Below, piece by piece: positions 22,601-34,017 of a stretch of 64,000 nucleotides of DNA (its first letter is position 1; every line of letters starts with the position of its first letter). Made by a program: the position numbers and the translations under genes. The DNA is from Saprolegnia diclina VS20 (Eukaryota). Under the pieces are notes generated by a model. The model was not told the origin of the DNA, made no database searches, and saw nothing but the letters and a program-made list of their open reading frames with translations. The DNA lies in NCBI RefSeq assembly GCF_000281045.1, contig NW_008246147.1, forward strand, positions 7,972 through 71,971, read 5' to 3'.

Positions 22601-25485
22601 CTCGGATGGTGACATGGCATTGCCACCAGCAGACAATGCAGACGACGACGCACTGGAGTCGCCCGAGGTGGCGGCGCTGTCGTTCATCAGCATCCAAGAG
22701 AGTAGCAGTGCCCCTCCACCTTGCCAACCTGAGGCGTCCGACACGCTGCCGCTGGTAACTGACGGTACGGAGATGGGTGCGCAAGACCCCGTGGAAGCCG
22801 CCTTCACGACGCACGATGAGGACGTGTTTGGCGCGGACGGCGATATGGCGTTACCGCCGGACGACGAAGTCGTCGAGAGTGTTTGGACGTCTACAGCCTC
22901 CATTGATGACATTGGCACCACGTTGGCCGTCGCGGCAGAGACGCCAGCGCTGTCCTCTTCGACGCCGAATGCGCATCTCGGCTCTGTCCAAGAATCGTCG
23001 TGGACCGTAAGCGACTTGCACGATGTTGTTGCGGAGTCTACCGACGGCGGCCGGGCTGTCAAAGATGGCGAGGTCGAAGCCGCAGAGGCCGCAACACGTG
23101 AAGATGAGGGAGACACCGATGAAGAAAGAAATGAAGCCAGCGAAGAAGAGGACGAGAGCGAAGACGAAGGTGACGGCGAAGAAGACGAGGAGGAAGAAGA
23201 AGGCGACGAAGAAACAGACGCTGACGAAGAGGAAGGAGATGACGAAGAGGAAGAAACAGATGCTGACGAAGAGGAAGAGGAAGAAGGCGACGAAGAGGAA
23301 GAGCAAGAGGATGGGGATGACGAAGCGTCTGGTGGCAAAGCCGAAGATTCTCCCTTCGACACGGCCGTCGCCAAGCCTTTTGCAAGAGCAGACGACGACG
23401 CCGTGCCACACGAGGCCTCAGCAACGCCACGAGAAGCAATGGTTGCTGTCCAATCCGGTACAAGCGCTAGCACCGTCGAGCGCTCGGATGTTGCTAGCTC
23501 TTCCGAGAGTGAGCTCTCGACGTGTACCACGGATGACGCAAGCCTTCGCAACAAACCGACAACCTCCATGGACGACGCTTTCATTCAGGCGACGACTATG
23601 GTGGCGGAAGGTGACGAGCACGAAGTCGGTGCGACATCGATCGACGACGCAGCTGCCGACGCGTTGTGCACCGCGGTCGACCTGTCAAGAGGCGCTGCAG
23701 ACGCGGCTGCGGATACACATGAGGCAGCACCATCTACAATCCATACATTGGAGACAAGGGACAGTCCAGTCGACCATTCCAACGTCGCGGCAGTGCCTAC
23801 CGAGGCGACTGCCAACGAGCTGCATTCCGAGGACGCGTCACCGATGGTCTCGGAAGAACTACCATCCGTCGTGAACGAGGCAGAGTGCCTGACACCAGCC
23901 ACAGGCGGCACTGAGGAGCTCTCGGAGCCTGGCGAAGAGGCAACGTCCGTCGACGAAGCTCCAAAAATGGCGGAGCCTATGGCCTTCAAAGGCGACGATC
24001 ACGAAGATGCGTCCGACGAAGCACCTGCCAATGCGTTGTGCGCCGCTTCCGAGCCGGTAGAAGTTTCCGATGACACAAGCATGGACGAGCCCGAGCACGT
24101 TGAGCCAACCACGGACGCTACAGTGCATTTGATGGAGCCTCACGATGACGCAAGCAACGCGATGGAGAAGGCAGCATCAAGTACAAGTCCAGTCAACCGC
24201 TTCCACGAGACAATCATGGATGAGCGGCATCGTGTCGACGCGTCACCGGCGACCTCGGAAGATATCCCGTCTCTCGTGAACGAGGCAGAGCAAATGACTC
24301 CAGCCGCGGACGGCGCAAGAGAAGCTGGTACGTTCACAGAGCTTTGCAAGGTTACAACCTCTATCGAAGACGTTCCAGCCAACTCCGTGTCTGCGGCCTC
24401 GGAAGGTGACGATCACGGAGTCGCTTCTGCGCCATCCGACGGGGCACCTGTTGATGCGCTGTGCACTGCTCTTGAGCTGTCGACCGCATCCCTTGACTTT
24501 GTCCAAGGCGTAGGCAAGGCAGAGAGCTCTCGCTCGGGTAGCGACGATGGAAGCGAGCCTGTGGCTCGAACGGAGCCTCCAGACAGTACAACTACTGATG
24601 AGCCAGCGAGAGCAGAATTGCGGGCAACTGAAGATAACCAGATCCAAGTCTTTGCAACCACTCACAGTGAGGCCGACGCGTCACCAATGGCCTCGGCTCG
24701 GTCCGACGCCAGTAGCAGTGCTTTAGTTCTCGACGCCGACGAAATTTTGCGTACCGATACGCTGGCGCCCGACCCAGTCGCCGCCCGGATTGAAGCATCG
24801 AACGAGTGCGAGAGCAAAAAAGAGGAACCAGCGACGTCGACTGCGAGCGATGCGCTCGGCGTGCAGCTGGTCGAAGCAGATACCGAGCAAGCTGCTGGTC
24901 GAAGCAGATACCGAGCAAGCTGCAGCTGCAGCTCGACGCTCCACTGAGCCAGCAACCAACTCGAGCTCCGGAGTCGAATCGTTCAGCACTATGGCTGAAG
25001 TGGAAGCCAGTGCTGTCGCACCAGTCGCCACCTCTCGAATCGATGGTGCATCTGACGAAGCGCCGCCGCCAAGCGACGCAATTCTCGACCACACCGCCAA
25101 GGTTGAACCTGCGCAGCCACCACTATCGCTGGTCTCCAATGACCTCGCCAATGACCTCGACAACGACGAGCCCTCGACGAACGGCGTTGATATCGGCAAC
25201 CCACCGACTCCAGATACGGACTGCCCACAGAGTGTGACCGAGCTTTCAACGACGCCTCCTTTCCAAGACCTCACGGGTTCCAACCTGACGCCAGTGGAGT
25301 CGGCCTCCGTCGCACCACGCACTGCAGCCAAAGAAGATGACACCAACGTCTTCACCACTCCAATCCCAAGTCATGATCCAGCTTCGCCAACTCAGGGTGG
25401 CGTTGTGGCGTCACCCAGAGACGTTCCGATGGTAGAGAGCACCGACTTAGTACCGACCAACGTAGAGTTAAACCACAGCGAATAA
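16621..25485 (+). CDS. Large multi-exon protein with beta-rich C2-like domains, an EF-hand pair, coiled coil, many IQ motifs and a long acidic repetitive tail (may be more than one gene; frameshift at ~24.9 kb)
   Basis: Chained same-strand ORFs joined by short GT-AG introns. EF-hands DSDHSGSISLREL and DSNSDG, IQ motifs (LQSKVRM, LQSRVRG, IQSNVRR, IQRHARG, IQGRWR), and an E/D-rich tract at 23100-23330. Confidence 0.65.
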
Positions 25486-25585
25486 ACTGCGTTAAATAGT
25501 CCTTCCATCAATTTCCTGCAAAATGGCCAAGGGACTTTTCCCAGCACCGGCGCGCCATTTCGTCGCGCGAGATTCTATTTTCCAG

Positions 25586-25623
25586 CCAATCACATGGCGT
25601 CGTGTCGCTTGATTTCAGCCAAT
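25586..25623 (+). promoter_or_regulatory. Two CCAAT boxes upstream of the TatD-RtcA gene
   Basis: cagCCAATc at 25586 and 25619, 33 bp apart. The ATG is at 25706. Confidence 0.5.
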
Positions 25624-25705
25624 CCACATACCGGTCATGAATGAAGGTCGCTCGATTCATCGATCCCAGATCGCATTTTCAAACACGCAAGCACGAGCAA
25701 GCAGC

Positions 25706-27677
25706 ATGACGTCGCCGATCATTGACATTGGCCTCAACCTCACCCACGGGTAACAGGCGTCTGCGCCATGGCCGTGGCATCTCATGCGCATGTAGGCAAT
25801 TCCGCAAAGACCTCAAAGCAGTCCTGGACCGCGCCGTCGCGGCCAACGTCTCGACGCTCGTGGCCACGGGCACGGACCTCAAGGCGAGCCACGCCACGAT
25901 TGCGCTGATTCGCCGCCTTCAGAAGGAGCGCATAGGCGCCCGCCTTGTGTGCACTGTGGGCGTGCACCCGCACAACGCATCGTCCACATCGCCGGACCTC
26001 GTCGCGTCGCTCCGGTCGCTCATGGAAGGCAACCGCGATGTTGCCGTCGCTGTCGGCGAGTGTGGCCTCGACTTCAACCGCGACTTTTCGCCGCGCGACG
26101 TGCAGATCGACGTGTTCCGATCGCAGGTCGAGCTCGCGTGCGAGCTGGGGCTTCCGCTGTTCTGCCACGAGCGGGACGCCCACGACGACTTTGTACGTGT
26201 CTTGCTGCCGTTTCTCGAGACGGGGCGGCTCCGACCCGACCGCGTCGTCGTTCACTGCTTTACGGGCTCGGAGGCCGCGCTCAAGAAGTACGTCGGCTTT
26301 GGCTTTTACATTGGCCTCACGGGCTTCATTGCGATGCCTGGTCGGGGCGCACACCTGCGCCCGCTCCTGCGCTCTATCCCAAGCAAGCAGCTCATGGTCG
26401 AGACCGATGCGCCGTTCATGCATCCGTCGCAGAAGCGCGTGCGCTGTGAGCCCAGCGACATTCACGCTGTCCTAAACACGATTGCGGACGCAGTTGGCAC
26501 GACGCCGGAGGTTGTGGCGGCGACAACGACCGCCAACGCTGTGCGGTTCTTCCAGCTGGCGCCAGCACCACCTGCACTTGCAGCCGTAGCAGCCCCCGTA
26601 TCGATTGACGGTTCGCTGTACGAAGGCGGTGGCCAGATCCTACGGCTGGCAGCCCCGCTCGCAGTGTTGTGCAATGTGCCGTTGACAGTGCACTCGATAC
26701 GGCACAACCGCCCCAAGCCCGGGCTCGCGCGGCAGCATCTCGGCGGCCTCGAGCTTCTGCAAACCATCTCGCAGGCGTCGTTTGAGGGCCTCGCGCTGCT
26801 CTCAACGTCCGTGTCGCTGCGCCCGAGCGCCTCGCCGCCCACAGGCACGTCGTTTGCAAAGGATCTACAAGGCGCGGGCAGCGTCTCGCTCGTGCTCCAA
26901 GGCGTCTTGCCATTGCTGCTGTTATCGCGCGCGACGCCGACAACGTTGAAGCTCCGAGGCGGCACGCACGTCCCGTTCAGCCCCCCGATGGACTTTTGGA
27001 CGTCGGGTCTGGCGCAGCCCCTCGCCAAAATGGGCATTTCCTACGAGATTGCACTTGAAGCGTGCGGCTTCATGCCACTCGGACGCGGCCACGTCACTGT
27101 GTCGGTCGCGCCTGTCTCGGTGATCCAGCCGTTGCAGCTCACGACCAAGTCCCGCGAGATCGCCCGGGTGCAGAGCCACGTGGTGGTGTACGCAGCCGGG
27201 GCGTCGGCGGCGACCGTGGATGCCTGTCATCACCACTTGAAGATTGCGCTGACAACTGCGCTGGGGCCGCACCCCGTGATCGAGAGCCATGGGACGGTGC
27301 AGGCATTCAAGGCCAAGGGCGGACCCAAGATCGCGCTGCATGTGACGGTCGAGACGACGCATGGCAATGTCTTTACGGGCAGCTGCATTGCAGCGACATC
27401 GGTGGCGAGTGCCGTCGACAGCGTCATCGCTGAGCTGCGCCGCGGGTGGGACTCGGACGCGTGCGTCGACGAGCACATTGCCGACAACCTGCTCGTGTAC
27501 ATGGCGCTCGCGACCGGCGCGTCGGCGCTGCGGGTGCCGAGGACGACGTCGAGCCAGCACATAGAGGCGGCGCTGCACGTCATCCAGGCCATGACCGGGG
27601 TACCATTCACGATATTACCTGACGGCAACTCGCGCATTCTGGCGTGCCCCGGGCGCCAACCACAGAAAACACACTGA
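25706..27677 (+). CDS. TatD-family nuclease fused to RNA 3'-terminal phosphate cyclase (RtcA-type); one intron at 25750-25795
   Basis: TatD motifs: IDIGLNLTH, TVGVHPH, AVGECGLDFNR, FCHERDA, VVHCFTG, MVETDAP. RTC motifs: IDGSLYEGGGQILR, IRHNRPKPGLARQH, GSVSLVLQ, LRGGTHVPFSPPMD, VDEHIADNLLVYMALA, SQHIE. The frame is open across the junction. Confidence 0.92.
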
Positions 27678-27725
27678 GACATTGTTCACTAGCAAACTCA
27701 AAACTCAATAATCAAAACTCAAAAC

Positions 27726-28856
27726 TCAACGACTCGCGGTGGGCAAGGGCAGCACATTGCGCATGCGCCGTTGCTTCTCGAGGCTGAAGAGACCTTGCGA
27801 GATGATGGAGAACGCGATGGCGAGGACGTACGAGGGGGTTACGAGCCATGTCACTTGGCAACGGAGACGCTCGATCAAGTCAAAGGCGAAGCACGGGAGC
27901 ATTGACGGCCGGTAAAAGCTGGCGAGAAGCGCGTGGTCGGTCAAAAATGAAATGGAAATGACGTTGGTGGACGTCTGCGACGGCGTCGTCCCCGCTGGCG
28001 CCGTCGTTTGAGGCACCTGAATCGTTGGTGTGTGGCCGAGGTCGAAGTCGCCGGTGGCGTCGACGACGCACGACGCGCCGATGACGTCTGCGTGGCGCGC
28101 CGGACACTTCTCGTGGACCCAGTTGGCCAGCTGCTGCGAGACCGCCGACTTGTGCAAAATGGCGGCACACCCGCGGCAGATGCTGCGCAGTTGCGTGGGC
28201 AGCGCCGAGGGGGTTTGCACGCGAGTGCAGAACGCAGCGAGCGTCGTCGTCGCATGGATCGAGATGTTCCAGAACGTGGAGCCCACTTCGCCGAGGTAGA
28301 CGCGGGGCACGGAGAGGGTCTGCACGAGCGGGAAGACGTCGCAGAAGGCGCGGCCGGCGGTGGCACAGTACGCGTCCTCAAAGGCGGTGGCGAGGCGCAC
28401 GACGCCGCCCTCAAACGTATCGGGGCGGTAGATCGTCCTGTTGTTGATAAACGCTGCTGTAAAGAGCGTCGTCTCGTCCGACATTGACTGCGCGACGTTG
28501 GCAGCGTACGCGGCCGCGTGCTTGTGCACGTACGCGGCCAAGATGGGCGCGTTGTCCACGCGCTCGAGGTCCGATATCGTTGGCTGGACAAGTATGCCCA
28601 TCGCCATCAAAGTCACAGCTTGCAACATCGCGACAAAGACGAGCAGCCGGAACGAGCCTTCGCGGGGCGACCGAAACACAAATCCAAAGCCGCATAGGCA
28701 GACGGCGAGGAGGACGATGGCGAGCGGCAAGAGGGCGTACGGATCGAGGAGGGCCATGGCCCACGACTGCGACAGCACAATGGCAGCGATCGCAAAGGCG
28801 CTGGCCAAGACATTGGCGGCGAGGTACGCGACGAGGTAGACGTCGCCGTGCAGCAT
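27726..28856 (-). CDS. Hypothetical membrane protein (3 N-terminal TM helices, Cys-containing loop, 1 C-terminal TM; tetraspanin-like topology)
   Basis: 376-aa ATG-initiated ORF with hydrophobic segments at the N-terminus and near the C-terminus. Confidence 0.65.
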   Translation of the reverse strand: MLHGDVYLVAYLAANVLASAFAIAAIVLSQSWAMALLDPYALLPLAIVLLAVCLCGFGFVFRSPREGSFRLLVFVAMLQAVTLMAMGILVQPTISDLERVDNAPILAAYVHKHAAAYAANVAQSMSDETTLFTAAFINNRTIYRPDTFEGGVVRLATAFEDAYCATAGRAFCDVFPLVQTLSVPRVYLGEVGSTFWNISIHATTTLAAFCTRVQTPSALPTQLRSICRGCAAILHKSAVSQQLANWVHEKCPARHADVIGASCVVDATGDFDLGHTPTIQVPQTTAPAGTTPSQTSTNVISISFLTDHALLASFYRPSMLPCFAFDLIERLRCQVTWLVTPSYVLAIAFSIISQGLFSLEKQRRMRNVLPLPTASR

Positions 28857-29027
28857 CCTGGCGGCTCAGTTCGGCGAGGCTGTCTGGCAGCGTGTGACAT
28901 CTCTCTGTCAATAGCACACTATTTACACGACTAACACTATTTATAAAGTACATCAAACACTAAAATCTTCTCAACTGGAATACTGTAGATAGCGAATCGT
29001 GTCGCGGTATGGATTGATACATTGATT

Positions 29028-30722
29028 TCAACGACGAATGACACCAAACACGAGCAGCAAACATGCAGCAAGCAGAGCGGGAAGCGCAATACCCAAGAGA
29101 TAGAGATGACTGCTCGTGCCAGGCACACACCCGCGGCCGCCGGCCAGGACGTGGCAGCCCGTGGACGCAAACATCGATGCCATCGTCCCCGTGATCGAGG
29201 TCGCGAGGATGACCACAAAGAGGAAGCCAATGCCGAGCGCCACGCGCGGGTAGTCGCCGCCGTCGCGCTTGAGAGCGAGGACCTCTGCCTTCTGCCGCGG
29301 CAGCAGCAGCACCGTCATGCACCCGACGACCGACGTCGCGTACATCAGGCCAAACGACCAGGCGACGGCGGTGCGCGTGTCCTTCGAGTCGGCTTTGATG
29401 CGTAGCTTGTCGTAGGCCAAGGAGGCGTCCATGACGTTGGTGAGCATGCCCCCAAACACGCTCGGGAGGTTGCCGACGGTCGTCAGAAGCCCATACATGA
29501 CGCCTTCGTTGCCGTCTTCGGCCAGCTCCACAATGACAAACGCGCCAACGGCAAAGCTGATGGCTTTCGGGAGCTCCTCCGTGAGCGGCACGCCGAGGTA
29601 GAACCACTGGTTGCGAAACACGTCAAAGACGGTGAGAAACTGAACGAGCGCGTCGATCGCGTTGGCCGAGAGCGTCGTGACCACGAGCACGTAGCGCCAG
29701 TTCCAGTGGGTGCCATACCGGCCCATCACGAAAAGCACTGCGGCGAAAAGCACGTGCCCGACGACCTGCAAGAGCGCTGCGTTGAGGTTCTCGACTTTGG
29801 CCCAGTACAGGGCCACGTACGGAGCGGCCGTCGACCCGACGCTGCTCGTCAAGAGCATAAAGACAAAATTGAAGATCATGACTTGCCACACCGCGCGCTT
29901 CTGCGCGAGCGCCCAGAGCTGGCGACCGTAGTCGGACAGAGGCACGCGGGGCTTGGCCTCGTCTTGGAGGTAGCAGGAGGCAACGACAACGTTGCAGACG
30001 GTGGGAACGGCGAGGAGCACAAAGAACCCCTGGACGCCAATGTCCCAGTCAAACGACCCGGCCATGCGCGTCGAGTTGAGGCAGACGCCCGAGACGAGCG
30101 AGATGAGCGCCATAAAGAGTGCGCGCACAGCGTACACCATCGACTGGAGGCGGCCGCGGACGGCGTCCGGCTCGCGCTGTGCGTACTGGACGAGGAGTGC
30201 GTCTTGGGCAACGTCGGCGAGGATGAAGAAGAAGCACGCGACCGCGCAGAGGAGCGTAAGGACTGCGCCGTTGGTCGTTGCGTCTGCTGCTGGCGCAGGC
30301 GATCCTGGAGACTTGGCCGCCACAAGCACGAGCACGATCGCGGTCAAGAGCCAGCCAAGAACAATGTACGGCTTGCGGTGGTAGCCGCACAGCGGAAAGC
30401 AGTCCGAGAGGAGACCAAAGAAGACCTTGAGCGACCAGCCGAGGCTCATGAGCGCACTTCCCGAGTTGAGGACGTTGCCTTCAAGCTGGAAGTAGCCCGT
30501 GAGGATCGGGTACTTGATGCTGGCAAGACCGCCCTGCACGATGCCGACAGCGGCGTACTGCGCGAGCAGCGCCAACACGGGTGCGCTGCAGTACACGGGC
30601 GGGGGTCCGCCGCGTAGAGCGCCGCCGTCTAATGCCTCGGGCGTTCCTGGTGCGTACACTCCCTCGAGCTTGCTCGTCTCGAGCGAGCACGAGAGGCAGT
30701 CGAGCTCACGTCCGTAGTGCAT
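29028..30722 (-). CDS. Folate-biopterin transporter (BT1/FBT, MFS), copy 1
   Basis: GALRGGPPP, LGWSLKVFFGLLSDCFP..GYHRKPY, ADVAQDALLVQYAQREP..RGRLQS and VELAEDGNEGVMYGLLTT, with many TM segments. Start placed at MHYGREL. Confidence 0.88.
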   Translation of the reverse strand: MHYGRELDCLSCSLETSKLEGVYAPGTPEALDGGALRGGPPPVYCSAPVLALLAQYAAVGIVQGGLASIKYPILTGYFQLEGNVLNSGSALMSLGWSLKVFFGLLSDCFPLCGYHRKPYIVLGWLLTAIVLVLVAAKSPGSPAPAADATTNGAVLTLLCAVACFFFILADVAQDALLVQYAQREPDAVRGRLQSMVYAVRALFMALISLVSGVCLNSTRMAGSFDWDIGVQGFFVLLAVPTVCNVVVASCYLQDEAKPRVPLSDYGRQLWALAQKRAVWQVMIFNFVFMLLTSSVGSTAAPYVALYWAKVENLNAALLQVVGHVLFAAVLFVMGRYGTHWNWRYVLVVTTLSANAIDALVQFLTVFDVFRNQWFYLGVPLTEELPKAISFAVGAFVIVELAEDGNEGVMYGLLTTVGNLPSVFGGMLTNVMDASLAYDKLRIKADSKDTRTAVAWSFGLMYATSVVGCMTVLLLPRQKAEVLALKRDGGDYPRVALGIGFLFVVILATSITGTMASMFASTGCHVLAGGRGCVPGTSSHLYLLGIALPALLAACLLLVFGVIRR

Positions 30723-30819
30723 GCTTATATTTTTCAACTGCCAGACGTCGACCATGAATTCGGCTCGTTGGACCATTGAATACAAAAGAAGACATTGGCA
30801 CTGATGGGTGGTCATTTGA

Positions 30820-33800
30820 CTACTGCACACTACATAGTGATGACGACGCGGCGTGGGCGGGGGGGTGCGTCGGGGGCGAGCCCAACAATGTAAACTCAGT
30901 TTCGCCCGCGACAAGGACGTCGCCGACGCGCACGGACGTGGCTTCGTTGTCTTTGAGTCGAATGAACGTGCCCAGCGAGGTCCCGAGGTCCTGCACAAAA
31001 TAGGCGCCTGGTCACCAGTCAGCGCCACGTTCTCATTCATGCAGGGAGGATATACCGTTGCGGTGGTAGATCCAGGCGTGCGTCGGTGCGACATCGCGCT
31101 CGGTGAGGACGATCGAGGCCACGTCGGCATCGTTGCCAATCACGGCGCAGTTGTAGACGACGTGAACGTCGCCGCGGTTGGGCCCCGAGAGCACGTAGAG
31201 CACGAGCGCATACTCGATGTTGTCGGTTTCTTGAAGGTACTGCAGGCGCGCGTGGAGGAGGTGGGCGTTGCGCTTCTTTTGCCGCCACGCGTCGGCTTCG
31301 ACCTTTTTGATGACGTTGCCCGAGCCCTCGTCAATGAGCGCGTCGGCCATGTGCTCGGCGAAGGTCGCCATCCAAAACGCTTTGGTGTCGCCAAGCTTGG
31401 GCGTGAGGAACGAGTGGGCTGCAGCCAAATCATTGTCTCGGTTTCAAAGCATCACGTACCCGAAGCTTCCTTCTTGGCCGTCTCGTGCGAGAGGTCGGCG
31501 CGGGAGAGACCGCGGTCCCGCGCGCCCACTTGAAGTCGCGGGTCGTTGCGCGTGGGCGGGACCAAGCTGAGCTCAATCGACCGCTTGTACTCTTCGAGGC
31601 TGAGTGTATAGCAGCTGACCGCGTCTTGCGCGTGTACCTACGACGCTCGTTAAGAGAAGAAGAGAGTGAGAGCGATACCGAGAGCGGGGGCGACGATAGG
31701 GACGTGAGCTCGCCAAACCACGTGCAAGCCGTGCGCACCGTTGTCTCGTCGGCCTCGTACTTGCAAAGCACTGAGCCACGCACGAGGCAGTAGAGACCGA
31801 GCCCTTGCGCGCTCAAGTCGGTGCCGGCTGGGAAACTTGAGAGTTTGAGCCTGAAGCCAACACGATGGAGTAGCGTCGGGCACACCTACGCCGTTCAATG
31901 AGCGACGAACTTGTCGGAAATCAGCAGACGCGTTCGAGGCCGTGGAGATCTTTGAGCGACTGCAAGACCTCTCGCTCGACGATGCCCCGCGTTAGCGGCA
32001 CTTGATAGAGCTCGCGGTAGTTGCCACACATGTAGTAGAGATCGCTACCCAGTCTCCTGTTGCGAGCTAGAGACTGTGAAGGCGTCCTACCGTGCAGACA
32101 AGACGACGCACGCGACGTTGGTCTGGGCGATTGCATGGGTGTCGTAGGCTGCAATGAGGCGCGCGGGGGGTCGGAGCAGCGCGACTTCGCCGCACCAGTC
32201 GCCCGGCCCGAGCTGCTCCAAGTACTTGCCTACGCTGCCATATGAGGTGCAGGGATCCCTCACGTTTTACCGTCGCGCTGGCCGTTGCGGTGCAGAATGA
32301 TGTGGCCTTCCAAAATGACGTAGGTGTTCAAGGCGTCGTGGCCCTGCTTGTAGATACTCTCGCCGGCCCGGAACTCGACTTCCTTGGCGTGGTAAGCGAG
32401 GTACGTGATCTCGGTGAGCCCGTTCGGGATCGAATGTAGCAGAAGCCACGGTAGCTTTTGCAAGACGGCCACGCGTTCGTTCCAGTACCTGTTCTGCATG
32501 CCCTGCGAGAGCGTTCGATCGCTCTTCTCCTTGATTGCGACGACTTCGAGCTCCGAGTTGCCGATGCGCAGCACTGTGTCGCGTGCGAGCTGGAGGCCGC
32601 GGGCGACGACCGGTGGCGAAATGGCTTGCTTGTCTATTTGATCTCATATATCCGAGCCAAGAAGTGAGAGGCAAGAGACCGGCAAAGAAGTGCACGTGAC
32701 GTGGCGCCCTCCGGTGCAAGAGAAAGTACACGCCTTGGTTGAGCGCACCGAAGAGCGGGCGGACACTCACGCGTTGTTGGGTGTGGTGCACCGAGAACTG
32801 CAGCAGCTTGAGCGCGTAGCAGCCAAGGGCAATGTCGCATTCTAGTATCAATGTGTCGAGTGAATAGTTCAAAAAATGATGAACCCACCGGTGGCCCGAC
32901 CAATGTTGAGGGTCTTGTCGCGGGGTAGCGCCACATGCAACGGCGCGTGGGCTTTGCGCTTGCGACGCACCGAGTTGCGCAGGTGCGAGATCGCGAGGCC
33001 GGCCGTCGGCACGGGCGGCGACGGCGCCTCGTCCACCGTGAGCGTCGTCTCACCGAGGACGAGCTGATCGCCGATCACAATCTGCACGGGGTTGCGCAGG
33101 AAGACGCGCGTGCCGTAGGCTACGTCCGAGAGCACGTAGTCGCCATTTGCAAACTCAATTTTTGCGTGGATCGGGCAGAGCTCGGGGGCGTAGAGGTCGC
33201 AACCCGGGAGACTGCCGATGAGCACGGACGCATGGTTGCTGAAGGTGACGACTTGGACCGGTTCGATCGAGCGCAGCGAGTGGGCGGCGACGCGGAAGGC
33301 CTCGGGCTTGCGTTGTAGCTGGAGCACGAGCAGCTTTGGTGTTTCGATTCGGGTTGACTTCTGGAGCTTGGGTGGCGGCGACAGCGAGATGTGCTGCGGG
33401 GGCTTGGTGTCGAGCGTCACGTGGCCAAACTGCACCTTGGAGCTTCGCGCTGGCGGCGCTGACGCGGGCGACGTCGACGAGTTGACTTCAATCTCGAGGA
33501 CGGTGATGATAAAGAGCTCGCTGAGCTCAAAGACGTCGCCGTTCTGGAGCGGGTAGCCTTCGCGGTGGGTACCGCGCGAGGCAATCTGGAGGTACGTCGA
33601 GTGCTGTGCGACGGGCTCGACAAAGTACTTGTCCTTGTGGCAGGTTACCTGTCGAATTTTTAGTTAGTCGAAATGAATTGGCGCCATCGACGTACTTTGG
33701 CGTGGTGGCCAGCGACTTGGGCGTCGTGCAGCGTGAGGATCATGTCGTCGCCCGCAAACGACCCGAGGTACCCCGTGCGCAGGGGCCAGCGGTCGGTCCC

Positions 33801-33974
33801 GCGCGTGAGATCAAGCGCGGGAAAAGCCGCGAGCGCACTCACGCGGCGCTGGCCCATGAGCTTGTGCACGACGGTGTTGGCCATGAGGCGGTAGTCGATC
33901 GGCGTCGCCATCGGCGCCACGGCCCCCTTGCGCCACCACCGCCTGTGGGGTACCACGGACGTAAACTCGGCCAT
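30820..33974 (-). CDS. Multi-FHA-like-domain protein with cyclic-nucleotide-binding domain(s) and C-terminal CaaX (CSVQ), multi-exon
   Basis: FHA-like segments: VLIGSLPGCDLYAPELCPIHAKIEF..YVLSD..GTRV and VIGNDADVASIVL..VAPTHAWIYHRN/GAYFVQDLGTSLGTFI. cNMP-like segment: EVEFRAGESIYKQGHDALNTYVILEG. The last exon ends SSLCSVQ*. Confidence 0.7.
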
Positions 33975-34017
33975 CGCCAGCAAGAGACACAGTCTAGTCG
34001 TATCGTTTCGACTAAAT

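Noticed and set aside
27694..27729. (aaactca)n-like repeat between convergent genes
   Set aside because: Short low-complexity 3' spacer sequence with no further support.
30723..31139. N-terminal extension of the 703-aa FBT ORF
   Set aside because: It overlaps the last exons of the FHA gene in another frame. The paralogue supports a start near 30722.
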